From Candidatus Woesearchaeota archaeon (GTDB taxonomy: Archaea > Nanobdellota > Nanobdellia > Woesearchaeales > UBA11576): 64,000 bases of DNA. Below the pieces are notes generated by a model. That model had not been told where the DNA came from, made no database searches, and saw only the letters and a list, made by a program, of their open reading frames with translations. The position numbers and the translations under genes were made by a program. Positions 29,858 through 39,196 of the stretch are shown piece by piece; the first letter of the stretch is position 1; every line of letters starts with the position of its first letter. Location: NCBI GenBank assembly GCA_018668595.1, contig JABJCP010000013.1, forward strand, positions 64,116-128,115. Reading direction: 5' to 3'.

Positions 29858-30571
29858 ATGAAACTAGTATTAAAAAAGAAACCAAAAAATTCAACAATAA
29901 TTGAGGGCTTTCCAGGATTTGGACTTGTTGGAACAATAACTACAGAATATTTAATCAATGTTCTAAAAGCAGAACTTATTGGATATGTACAAGCAGAAGA
30001 AGCTCCGCCGTTAGTTGCAATTCATGAAGGAAATTTAGTCCAACCAATAGGAATTTATTATGCTGCAAAACAAAATCTAATAATTATGCACATCATGACC
30101 AACATAAAAGGAATTGAATGGGACATGGGACAAAAATTAATAGAAGCATACAAAACACTTGGTGCAAAAGAATTGATTTCAATAGAAGGTGTTGGAACTC
30201 CTACAGTATCTGAAGAAATAAATGCATATCACTATGCTAATCAAAAGAAAAATGCAGATAAATTTGCAAAATTAGGATTTACTAAACTGAAGGAAGGAAT
30301 AATACTAGGAGTTAGTGCAACATTACTTTTACAAACAGAAGCTAAGATTGCACTTAGTTGTATCTTTGTAGAAACCCACTCCAACTTGCCAGATAGTAAA
30401 GCTGCTGCAAAATCAATTGAAGTACTAGATAAGTATCTTGGTCTCAAAATTGACTATCAACCACTACTTGAACAAGCAAAGCAATTTGAAGAGAAAATAA
30501 AAGGATTGATGGAAAAGAGCGCAGTAGCACAAGACGATAGTGATAAGAAGAATTTAAGTTATCTGGGTTAA
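29858..30571 (+). CDS. Proteasome assembly chaperone PAC2 family protein
   Basis: IIEGFPGFGLVGTI, LPDSKAAA, LLEQAKQFE, C-terminal HbYX-like motif YLG. Confidence 0.9.
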   Translation: MKLVLKKKPKNSTIIEGFPGFGLVGTITTEYLINVLKAELIGYVQAEEAPPLVAIHEGNLVQPIGIYYAAKQNLIIMHIMTNIKGIEWDMGQKLIEAYKTLGAKELISIEGVGTPTVSEEINAYHYANQKKNADKFAKLGFTKLKEGIILGVSATLLLQTEAKIALSCIFVETHSNLPDSKAAAKSIEVLDKYLGLKIDYQPLLEQAKQFEEKIKGLMEKSAVAQDDSDKKNLSYLG

Positions 30572-30757
30572 ATAAAATATTTTATTATTTTTTTTCTTAA
30601 TTTATTTGTTTTTATTCAGTCTATTTATTTACTATTTTTTAGTTGTGAATTATAGAAACCTTTATATAGAACTATATGCTAACTAACTATCAATATATCG
30701 AGGTAACCAAAAATAGAGGTGATACCTTAAATTCAAACCTAACGGGGGTATCCAACA

Positions 30758-30955
30758 ATGTTTTCAAATGAAATTAAAATAAAAAAAGCATTTAAACGTG
30801 CAAAGCAAGAAATGCTAGGTCTTAAAGACTCTTTAAATGAATGGGTTTTGTTTCTTAATTCGAATCAAAGAGAAATGAAGCGTAAAATGATTGAAATGGA
30901 AAAAAGACTTGCGCGACTAGAATCAGAAAAATTCGAAGAACTAAAAAAGTTTTAA
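30758..30955 (+). CDS. Small coiled-coil protein
   Basis: 65 aa heptad pattern; BRE/TATA GAAACCTTTATATA at about 30655. Confidence 0.65.
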   Translation: MFSNEIKIKKAFKRAKQEMLGLKDSLNEWVLFLNSNQREMKRKMIEMEKRLARLESEKFEELKKF

Positions 30956-31052
30956 GTTTTGGATTGATCTTTGAAATTTTTAAATTTTTTAAAATTTATT
31001 TCTTGAATTTTATTTAATCCAATCTTTATTTGATTTTAAATTTTATTTAACC

Positions 31053-31829
31053 TTAACTTATATTTTTAATTATTCCCCTATAATCAATATCATCTACCTT
31101 TTCGAAAATAGAATCTAGATTTTCACCAGTGTAATCAAACTCAATTTTTTCTCTTAATGATTTTTTTGTATTGAATTCTTTTCTATATTTATCTAATTTA
31201 GGTTGTAATTTTTTTGATTTATTCTTACATATTTTAGGATAAAGCATACTTGCACCAAATGCTACACCCACTGCAGGCATAGCTGCAATTAACATACCAA
31301 GCATAGAATCCCTAATAGCAGGAGTATCTCCCGGCGCTAAAAACGGAGCTACAATCATTACTCCCCCCACTATTAATGCAGGCAAACCAACACTATAAAC
31401 ATTTACTTCACCAGCAGAGTTATATTTTTCAAATTTATAGTTTAATTTATTCACTTTTTTTTCTAAAGAATTAAGTTCAGAATCAGAAACATTTAATTTT
31501 TTATAAACTTGATTTAGAAATGCTTTATTGAATTCAACAGACTTTTTTTCACTAACAGCATATTCAAAAAAAGTAATATACTCATGCATTCTTTGATTTG
31601 ATGTTTTTGTTTTAACTTGTTTGAGTCGTTTTTTTGCATTCTGCTCTTTGAGTTCTTCCATGTCTTTTTCTGCTTGCGCTCTTAATTGCTTTAATTTTTC
31701 TTTATAATTTAAAGTAGAGAATTTAGATTCTGAAGAATCTGTTCTTAGAACGTCACTTAATTCACGAACTTTAATATCCCCTCTTAGTTCTTCTTCCCTT
31801 GATTTTGTTTTAGCATCCATTTTATTCAT
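31053..31829 (-). CDS. Hypothetical 2-TM coiled-coil protein, tandem paralogue A
   Basis: 258 aa; colinear with 31891-32667 (KVRELSDVL, NQRMHEY, KLNVSDSEL, SIFEKVDDIDY). Confidence 0.85.
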   Translation of the reverse strand: MNKMDAKTKSREEELRGDIKVRELSDVLRTDSSESKFSTLNYKEKLKQLRAQAEKDMEELKEQNAKKRLKQVKTKTSNQRMHEYITFFEYAVSEKKSVEFNKAFLNQVYKKLNVSDSELNSLEKKVNKLNYKFEKYNSAGEVNVYSVGLPALIVGGVMIVAPFLAPGDTPAIRDSMLGMLIAAMPAVGVAFGASMLYPKICKNKSKKLQPKLDKYRKEFNTKKSLREKIEFDYTGENLDSIFEKVDDIDYRGIIKNIS

Positions 31830-31890
31830 CTTAATTTAATTTTAATCCAATCTTTATTTAATTTGATTTAATTTTTTTAATTCAATTCTT

Positions 31891-32667
31891 TTAATTTAAT
31901 TCTTTAATTATTTTAGCATAATCAATATCATCTACTTTTTCGAAAATAGATTCTAGGTCTCCTGATTCATAACTTTTTTGAACAGACTCTCTTAATTTCA
32001 ACTTATCTTTATGGTTTGTTTTATACCTGCTATATTTAGGAATTAATTTTCTAACTTTATTTTTACAAATTCTTGGATATAAATTACCTGCGGCAATTCC
32101 CACACCTGCACCAGGTACAAGCCCTAACAACATACCACCTAGAATTTGTTTTCCTAATTCAGATATTTCTGGAGCTAAAAATGCACTTACAACCATAGCA
32201 CCCCCCAGAATAATAGATGGCAAACCAATACTAAATAAATTAACTCCATCTACTGCTTCATATTTTTTAATTTTATAATCTAACTTACTAACTTGTTTGT
32301 CCAATACTTGCAATTCAGAATCAGAAACATTTAATTTTTCATAAATTTGTTCTATAAATAAATCATTGAATTCAACAGATTTTTTTTCGCCAACAGCATA
32401 TTCAAAATAAGTCGCATATTCATGCATTCTTTGATTTGTCGATTTTGTTTTAATACTTTCAATTCTCTTTTGTGCATTTTGATCTTTGAGTTCTTGCATA
32501 TCTCTTTGTGCTTGCTCTCTTAATCGATTTATTCTTTCTTTTGGATCAACAATAGAATCTAACTTAGAACTTTGATCTAAAACGTCACTTAATTCACGAA
32601 CTTTTGTATCTTCTTGTGATCTGATTTTAGATTTTGATTTATCATCTGATTTTACTAAATTACCCAT
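31891..32667 (-). CDS. Hypothetical 2-TM coiled-coil protein, tandem paralogue B
   Basis: 258 aa; colinear with 31053-31829. Confidence 0.85.
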   Translation of the reverse strand: MGNLVKSDDKSKSKIRSQEDTKVRELSDVLDQSSKLDSIVDPKERINRLREQAQRDMQELKDQNAQKRIESIKTKSTNQRMHEYATYFEYAVGEKKSVEFNDLFIEQIYEKLNVSDSELQVLDKQVSKLDYKIKKYEAVDGVNLFSIGLPSIILGGAMVVSAFLAPEISELGKQILGGMLLGLVPGAGVGIAAGNLYPRICKNKVRKLIPKYSRYKTNHKDKLKLRESVQKSYESGDLESIFEKVDDIDYAKIIKELN

Positions 32668-32792
32668 AATTACTCGCCCCGTATTAGATTAATAATAACG
32701 CCCCTTTAATATTTAACATATTATTAATATAGTTTAGATATAGTAATATATAAAGTTTTTTGTTTTTTTAGTACTGAAGAGTGGTTAAAAAA

Positions 32793-32808
32793 CCGAAAGG
32801 TTTATAAA
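32793..32808 (+). promoter_or_regulatory. Archaeal BRE/TATA promoter (probably leaderless transcript)
   Basis: CCGAAAGG-TTTATAAA, with ATG 24 nt downstream at 32832. Confidence 0.75.
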
Positions 32809-32831
32809 GGGATGTTGTAACTAACAATACA

Positions 32832-33182
32832 ATGAGCCTCAATAATTTTTACGCGAACTTTCCAGAAGGATGGTATAGGCAAACAGAACCTATAAATTAT
32901 GCCAAAGTTATTTCTGGAAAAGCAAAACTTATGTCCGATATTGATTCGCTGATTGAAGAAACTGGTTTTGATGCTGATGGATTCTCAGAATTTGTTAATC
33001 AATGGCAAGAAGCACATAGTCAAATGGTTAACGAAATTTTTCATCAAAAAAAATCAGAGGACGAATTAAGCGATGTTGCAAAAAGTGCAGATGTTATGAA
33101 CGTAAAAAGAGATGAAATGATCAAACCAATATATGATCTGTTGATTAAGAAAGGATATGATCCAGAATATTTAGAGAAATAA
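32832..33182 (+). CDS. Hypothetical protein
   Basis: 116-aa ORF directly behind a consensus promoter. Confidence 0.7.
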   Translation: MSLNNFYANFPEGWYRQTEPINYAKVISGKAKLMSDIDSLIEETGFDADGFSEFVNQWQEAHSQMVNEIFHQKKSEDELSDVAKSADVMNVKRDEMIKPIYDLLIKKGYDPEYLEK

Positions 33183-33231
33183 ACAATAATAATATAATAA
33201 TTAAATAAAAAAATAAATCTAAACAGGACAT

Positions 33232-33660
33232 TCATAACGCAACATACTTCTCAACAAGTCTAAAACAAGATCCTACTGCCACTGCAATGAATATTGAAAT
33301 TATTAATCTGTTGAGAAAGAATTCTAAACCAAAGTAACCTGTCTCGAGGAAGAATCGTCCAGGACCAATTAAAGTTTGAGCTGTTATAAACGCGACAATA
33401 AGACTAGGAGCAAGACCTTTGTTTTTTAGAACTGTTAAAATGGGAATAAATGCCATTAATGGTCCAGGAGTTGCAATGCCTAAAGCAGATGCTTTGAAAA
33501 TATTTTTTTCATTCTCTTTGAAATGCCCTTCAATATGATTCTTCTTAGTATAATAATTAAGAACTTGAGATACAAAAACAGCAACTAATAAAATTGGAAG
33601 TATTTTAAGAAACGAAATCAATGTTTTAGCCAAGATTTGAATAATAACTTCAGAGGTCAC
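33232..33660 (-). CDS. Permease half (DUF318/ArsP-like)
   Basis: GIATPGPLMAFIPIL..L..KG, IVAFITAQTLIG; overlaps its partner gene. Confidence 0.75.
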   Translation of the reverse strand: MTSEVIIQILAKTLISFLKILPILLVAVFVSQVLNYYTKKNHIEGHFKENEKNIFKASALGIATPGPLMAFIPILTVLKNKGLAPSLIVAFITAQTLIGPGRFFLETGYFGLEFFLNRLIISIFIAVAVGSCFRLVEKYVAL

Positions 33661-34094
33661 ATTAATACCTCCATTAAAAATCCACCAATGATAATAAATA
33701 TTGTTGTGATAAAAAATCTAGCAGTGAAAAACTTCCACCCCAAATATTTTATTTCCATAAAATCTCTGATGATTGATTCGCCAATAACCTCTCCTGCGAT
33801 AAGCGCAAAGACAACACCAACACCCGCACCTTTGAGAAATAATGCAAATGCAATAGGATATGTTGCATACCTCGGAATTGGAAGAAGTATTCCTATGATT
33901 GCTGCTAAAGGAATCGCAATAAATAAGTTTTTTCCCAGGAGAAACTCGACTGAAGAACTTGGAACATACATTTCAATAAGTACTCCAAGCAAAACTGCAA
34001 TGAAAAAAATAGGTAGAAGTATTTTAAGACTTTTTAGTGAATTTATTGCTATTGGTTTTAAGTGTTTAAGTTCAAATTGTTTTAGATTTAACAT
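33657..34094 (-). CDS. Permease half (DUF318/ArsP-like)
   Basis: IPLAAIIGILLPIPRYATYPIAFALFLKGAGVG. Confidence 0.75.
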   Translation of the reverse strand: MLNLKQFELKHLKPIAINSLKSLKILLPIFFIAVLLGVLIEMYVPSSSVEFLLGKNLFIAIPLAAIIGILLPIPRYATYPIAFALFLKGAGVGVVFALIAGEVIGESIIRDFMEIKYLGWKFFTARFFITTIFIIIGGFLMEVLM

Positions 34095-34137
34095 ATTATT
34101 ATCTCAAATGTTTTTTATAAAAAAATAAATTTCTTTG

Positions 34138-34317
34138 GTATTACTGCGGCAGCTTATGAAATTCTATGAATTTCATATTTCGAAAAACACCTTGCATAAA
34201 TCAGGTGTTTTTCTGCTATAAATCATTGACTCGCTTTGCTCGTCAATGATATAATCGAGCTACGCTCGAATAAATTGAACACTTATGTGTTCAAATAATG
34301 TGCCAAGGCAGTAATGC
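34138..34317 (+). repeat. ~180-bp multi-hairpin dispersed element, copy 2
   Basis: GTATTACTGC...GCAGTAATGC ends and five internal hairpins; 7 bp from the pyk stop codon. Confidence 0.95.
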
Positions 34318-34324
34318 TTATTGT

Positions 34325-35767
34325 TTAGATGCATTTATTCTTACCTTTGTTTCCGATTAATTCACCAACTCGGTGAATCTCAATAAGATTTGTTCGTTTT
34401 CTTACATTCAATGGATGTGCTGCAGTGATAATTACCCTATCTGATTTTTTTATTAATTTATTTTTATATGCGCAAAGTGTAGACCAGTAAATTAAATCTC
34501 TCGTCGTAGTTATTTTATGTTCTCTACCTTTATTTATGTCAACCGGCTGAGCCCCCCAAACAAGAGCAAGCTGTCTTGTTGTTTTTTCATCAGGAGTCAT
34601 TGCAACAATATCTGCTTCTGGACGAAATTTAGAGATAAGAGATGCACTATAACCACTGTAAGTGCAAACAAGAATTTTATTGATTGGAGTAATTTGAGTA
34701 ATATCATAAACTGCTTTTGCAATAGCATCATTAGTTGAGGTGAGTTTCTGATTATGATCCAAATCTAAATTAAGTTCAACTTTTTTTGATATTCTAGTCA
34801 TCATTTTAACTGCAGCAATAGGATACTTACCAATAGCAGTTTCTCCACTAAGCATAATTGCATCAGTACCATCGAGAATTGCGTTTGCAACATCACTTGC
34901 TTCTGCCCGCGTTGGACGATTATTCTCAGTCATAGACTCAAGCATTTGAGTTGCTGTGATAACTGGTTTTCCAATCTCATTGCATTTTTCAATAATATGT
35001 TTTTGGATAAGAGGGACGTCTTCTGGCGGAAGTTCAACACCCATATCTCCGCGCGCAACCATAATCCCATCAGCAACCTCTAAAATTTTATAAAAATTCT
35101 TTACAGCCTCTTCACACTCAATTTTTGCAATAATTTTGATATGAGGTTGTGACTTGATAAGTTGCTTAATCTTAAGAATATCATCTGCAGTTTTTACAAA
35201 AGACACTGCAATAAAATCAGCATGATTTCTCATAGCAAATCTCAAATCCATTTTATCTTTATCTGTTAAACTTGGAAGTACAACTTTTTGACCTGGAAGA
35301 TTAATACCTCTGTTATTTTTTAAAACTCCTCCACTTTTAACTTTACAAATAACATCACGGTTTAACACATGATCAACTTTTAATTCAATTGCACCGTCAT
35401 TGATCAGAACCACATGTCCTTTTTTTGCCTGCTTTGGAAATCGCTTATAAGAAATATTAACCTGAGTGGAATCGCCAATGATTGGACGAGTAGTTAAAAT
35501 AAATGATTGACCTGTCTTAAGAATTGTTTTTTCTTTTACTAGCCCTGTACGAATCTCAGGACCTTTAGTATCAAACATTATTCCAATAGTATTAGAAACT
35601 TGTTTAATATTTTTTATCATGCGCGCATACTGAATATAATTACCATGAGAGCAATTAATTCTTGCAACAGACAAACCTGCTTCATAAAGTTTTTTTAGTT
35701 TAGAATAAGACTCTGTAGCAGGTCCAATAGTACAAACAATTTTAGTTTTAGCTTTAGCAATAGTAAT
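34325..35767 (-). CDS. pyk: Pyruvate kinase; probable ATT start at 35767
   Basis: KTKIVCTIGPA (in frame upstream of the ORF-track start), ARINCSHG, DTKGPEIRTG, IAKIE, GIMVARGDMGVE, TATQMLESM, PTRAE, MLSGETA. Confidence 0.96.
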   Translation of the reverse strand: MTIAKAKTKIVCTIGPATESYSKLKKLYEAGLSVARINCSHGNYIQYARMIKNIKQVSNTIGIMFDTKGPEIRTGLVKEKTILKTGQSFILTTRPIIGDSTQVNISYKRFPKQAKKGHVVLINDGAIELKVDHVLNRDVICKVKSGGVLKNNRGINLPGQKVVLPSLTDKDKMDLRFAMRNHADFIAVSFVKTADDILKIKQLIKSQPHIKIIAKIECEEAVKNFYKILEVADGIMVARGDMGVELPPEDVPLIQKHIIEKCNEIGKPVITATQMLESMTENNRPTRAEASDVANAILDGTDAIMLSGETAIGKYPIAAVKMMTRISKKVELNLDLDHNQKLTSTNDAIAKAVYDITQITPINKILVCTYSGYSASLISKFRPEADIVAMTPDEKTTRQLALVWGAQPVDINKGREHKITTTRDLIYWSTLCAYKNKLIKKSDRVIITAAHPLNVRKRTNLIEIHRVGELIGNKGKNKCI

Positions 35768-35806
35768 GATCTACACCTCTTTTTGATTATTGATTAATGA
35801 TCTAAT

Positions 35807-35886
35807 GATAACTTAACGACCATATGACGATAACTTAATGACCATATGACGATAACTTAATGATCCCATGTTGATAACTTAATGAC
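35807..35886 (+). repeat. 22-bp tandem repeat (GATAACTTAATGACCATATGAC, ~3.6 units) in the pyk leader
   Basis: Units start at 35807, 35829, 35851 and 35873. Confidence 0.9.
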
Positions 35887-36061
35887 AATCTATCTCTAAT
35901 ATAATGGTTTAAGATTAGTTAATTTAAATAGTTTTTGGAGAAAATGCAAAATAAAGCACGAGAAATTGAATAACTAAATAATCATACATGTGCAAATTAA
36001 AAAAAAAGTTAAAAAGAAATTAGAAAAAACATTTAAATTTAAAAAAAATCAAAGTGATTTT

Positions 36062-37228
36062 TTAAAACGTGTATTCTCTATTTTTTCGAATTCTTCTACC
36101 TACGCCCCAGAGTCCAAGACTTGTAAGTCCAATACCCACCAATAAACAAGCAGTAGCATTACCTTCTTTTTGCTGAAGATTTTTTAAATTATCTAATCCT
36201 TTTTCAATTTTAGGATCTTCAAGTAATGCGTTTTGTTCTTTTACTGCTTTTTCATACTCAGTTGTTGCTTTATTTCTATCCGCAGGAGTATAACCATAAG
36301 ATTGTTTACGTTCTAAAGAATCCACCTTTTTTTCCAGTCTTTGAGCTTCCATTACTTCTCGAGGAACATTACTTCTTAATTCCTCATTTTCATTTAACAT
36401 ATTTCCGCCTAAAGCCAAAATGCCAATACCTGCAAGAGTCGCTAATGTTGAAACAGTTGGAAATTTTGTATCAAAATCTCCACCATAATTCCCTCTTTTC
36501 CAAGAGCTATCTTTCCATGTTCCTTGAGGTGCTTTTTCAACACGCTGATAATTAGTAGGAGTAGTACTCATTGAAACGCCAGTCATAGGATTTGACGCGA
36601 CATTAGTTGAGCTTGGACCTGCATAATGTGTAACAGGCTTATAGTCTTTAAACAAATCGGGATTTATTGAAATTTTTTCAAGCATTTCAAAATATAATGC
36701 TAAAACTTCTTTTCTATTAGATGTAGTTATTTCATTGTCTAATGTTGCTTTTGCATCTTGTACATCTTTATAACAAAATTTTTGACTGGCTAGTTGTTCT
36801 GCCATTTCATTTGCTAAATCTTTAGAAAGTCCCGATTCCCAAGAAGTTCCAGGATAATGCATATATTTCATAGATAAATCTCTACCCGTTATTTCAATTA
36901 ATTCGATAACATCTTTAGGAACATATTTAGGAGGTTCTTCTTTTTCTACAACAGGTTCTGTTTTGTCTTTTCCTAACTTTTGTTTGTCACCGCCAAATGT
37001 AACCTTAACTTTTGATTCTAGAGGTTCTGATGGAGCAGGTTTAACTTCTGTTGCAAGTTTAACTTCAGTTATAGGTTCAACTATTCCTGGCTTTTTAGAA
37101 TAAACTGGTTTAGCACCTGACTCTTGAGTTTTAGTGGTGACAGGTTCTTGATTTTTAACAACTGGTTTTTCAGGAGTTTTTTCTTTTTCCGATTTATCAT
37201 CAACTTTTGTTTTTTTTCTTCCAAACAT
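36062..37228 (-). CDS. Hypothetical membrane protein with Pro/Lys/Glu-rich N-terminus and 2 TM segments
   Basis: 388 aa; low-complexity N-terminus; two hydrophobic segments flanking a coiled coil. Confidence 0.75.
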   Translation of the reverse strand: MFGRKKTKVDDKSEKEKTPEKPVVKNQEPVTTKTQESGAKPVYSKKPGIVEPITEVKLATEVKPAPSEPLESKVKVTFGGDKQKLGKDKTEPVVEKEEPPKYVPKDVIELIEITGRDLSMKYMHYPGTSWESGLSKDLANEMAEQLASQKFCYKDVQDAKATLDNEITTSNRKEVLALYFEMLEKISINPDLFKDYKPVTHYAGPSSTNVASNPMTGVSMSTTPTNYQRVEKAPQGTWKDSSWKRGNYGGDFDTKFPTVSTLATLAGIGILALGGNMLNENEELRSNVPREVMEAQRLEKKVDSLERKQSYGYTPADRNKATTEYEKAVKEQNALLEDPKIEKGLDNLKNLQQKEGNATACLLVGIGLTSLGLWGVGRRIRKNREYTF

Positions 37229-37594
37229 TTTTTATCGCCCTCAACACATATTTTATTATTTAATTTTGATACTATTCAATATTCCAAACTCTATTAAATT
37301 ATATGAATAATACTACTAGAGATTATTAAACATATACATTTAGATCTACTCAATAATCTAAAAGAACACTCTCTTTTTTAGCTAATTAGCCACGCCTTAG
37401 CTACATATTAACCACATATTAGCTATAAACTAATATAATTATAATAGGGAAAACATATAGTATTTATAAAGTTTTCTATTTGTATTTACTTTTTAGTAGT
37501 TAATTTGAATTATATCGAATAACTCTCAGGCCGCATTTAGCAGCATTTAAAGTAGTTGGCCTGCAAGTATTACAACTATGCAGTAATAAAAAAT

Positions 37595-37609
37595 CGAAAG
37601 ATTTATAAA
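37595..37609 (+). promoter_or_regulatory. Archaeal BRE/TATA promoter
   Basis: CGAAAGA-TTTATAAA upstream of the ORF at 37696. Confidence 0.7.
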
Positions 37610-37695
37610 TAGTGGTTGAATACCCACTAATACAAATACACAATAGTTACCAATAAATATTAAATTATGATCAAATTTGATCAAAGAGAAACAAA

Positions 37696-38232
37696 ATGGA
37701 ATTCAAAGGAAAACGACACAGAATTAATGTCCAAACAGAATGGGCAGTAACTGCAGATACTGTTCGTGAAACTGCAAAACTAGTTAAACAATTCTATTCA
37801 ACAATTTCTGAAGAAGAAACACTAGAAGATACATTAGCTGAAAGAATAAAAGCAGGACATTTAATACCTTCAAATAAAAAATTCCCTGTCGACTTAGTCA
37901 GTAAATTCGGTGAACCTCGAGAAGACGAAGATTTTAAAGCATACAAAACAAGAGTGCTAGAAGAATTTACAGAAAACAAACCAATGGCAAAAGGTTTAAT
38001 TGGGATGCTTTGGAATGGAACAGTTCCAACAACAACAACACTGCTTACAAAAGAAGGAGATATAACGGTGCATGTAAGAGCAAGTCCTGGCAAATGCGAA
38101 CTAGAAATTCTAGGTAGCGGAGAATATACAAATGCAGGAATAGACATGGCAGAAAAATTAGTACAGTATTTGAAAGATAAAGGTAGTGAACCAAAATATG
38201 ATGTTCAAGACAGAAATTATAGAGTAAGTTAA
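37696..38232 (+). CDS. Hypothetical protein
   Basis: 178-aa ORF with consensus promoter. Confidence 0.75.
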   Translation: MEFKGKRHRINVQTEWAVTADTVRETAKLVKQFYSTISEEETLEDTLAERIKAGHLIPSNKKFPVDLVSKFGEPREDEDFKAYKTRVLEEFTENKPMAKGLIGMLWNGTVPTTTTLLTKEGDITVHVRASPGKCELEILGSGEYTNAGIDMAEKLVQYLKDKGSEPKYDVQDRNYRVS

Positions 38233-38239
38233 TAAACAA

Positions 38240-39196
38240 TCAATTTTCACTTTTTTTTCTAAACTTTTCTTTTTCTAACTCACTAATAATAGACGGGATA
38301 ACTCTCCACATATCATCAAGAATAACATAATCTGCATTTTGCACTAATGGCGCATCAGGATTTTTATTAATTGCCACAATAACTCTACTAGTTTTTATAC
38401 CGTCAAGATGTTCCCTAGAACCATTCACACCACACCCAATATACAAAAGAGGATTAATTAATTTACCACTCGCGCCAATGTGTTTATTCTCGTCGGCAAG
38501 ACCCACCTCAACTGCAGTTTTTGTTGCGCCAGTCTCACCACCAATGTGTTCTGCTAACAAATCAATCATTTTAAAATTGCCAGGTTCTTTAACACCATAA
38601 CCGCCACAAACAACAATTTCTGCATTCTCCAAATTTTTCTTAGTAACAGAAGTTCTTTCTTTGACAACAGTTTTTAAAACAGAACCTAAATTTTCTGAAA
38701 ATTCAACAGGACAAGTTTTTCTTTTAAAAATTTTAATTTTTTGAGTGTTAGGAGAAATTGTCGCAACACTAATCAAAGAATTAAATTCAATTGTTGCAAG
38801 TAAATTACTAACTGTTTTTTTAGCTTGAATCATCCCTTCAATAAAATCCACAGAAACACAATTGAATGCTACTCCTGCACCAACTTTTCCTGCAACTCTT
38901 GCTGCCAAATCATTTCCTAACGATGTTGAAGAAAATAAAACAGTAGTTATATGTTCTTTAGAAACAAAATTTGAAATAATATTCGCATATTGTTCAGAAT
39001 TATTATCTGTCTCACAAATCACGACTTTTTGTGCACCAAGTGCTCCTAAAGACTCAGCATTAGAAATTGTTTCAAAAGATAAAACTATCAATCTACATTT
39101 AGTCTCCTCGACAATATTTCTACCTGCAGAGATTGCCTCTAAAGAAACCTTTTTAAGTTTATTATTCTCGGTTTGTGCAACAACTAAAACAGTCAT
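38240..39196 (-). CDS. etfA: Electron transfer flavoprotein alpha subunit (divergent)
   Basis: GNDLAARVA, LENAEIVVCGGYGV, LYIGCGVNG, IVAINKNPDAP, ADY. Confidence 0.9.
   Translation of the reverse strand: MTVLVVAQTENNKLKKVSLEAISAGRNIVEETKCRLIVLSFETISNAESLGALGAQKVVICETDNNSEQYANIISNFVSKEHITTVLFSSTSLGNDLAARVAGKVGAGVAFNCVSVDFIEGMIQAKKTVSNLLATIEFNSLISVATISPNTQKIKIFKRKTCPVEFSENLGSVLKTVVKERTSVTKKNLENAEIVVCGGYGVKEPGNFKMIDLLAEHIGGETGATKTAVEVGLADENKHIGASGKLINPLLYIGCGVNGSREHLDGIKTSRVIVAINKNPDAPLVQNADYVILDDMWRVIPSIISELEKEKFRKKSEN

Noticed and set aside
29634-29958. Phe-rich minus-strand ORFs, and the other short antisense ORFs in the track
   Set aside because: They are shadows of Lys-rich or conserved genes on the opposite strand.
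10728-35780. Stop-codon reassignment explaining GTG-ATT-TGA (purE) and GTG-TAG (pyk)
   Set aside because: The stops differ (TGA vs TAG), both terminate other genes normally here, no internal stops occur in conserved genes, the GTG is part of the SD, and thrC has no in-frame GTG.
35807-35886. Mini CRISPR array
   Set aside because: Period is only 22 bp with no unique spacers and there are no cas genes.
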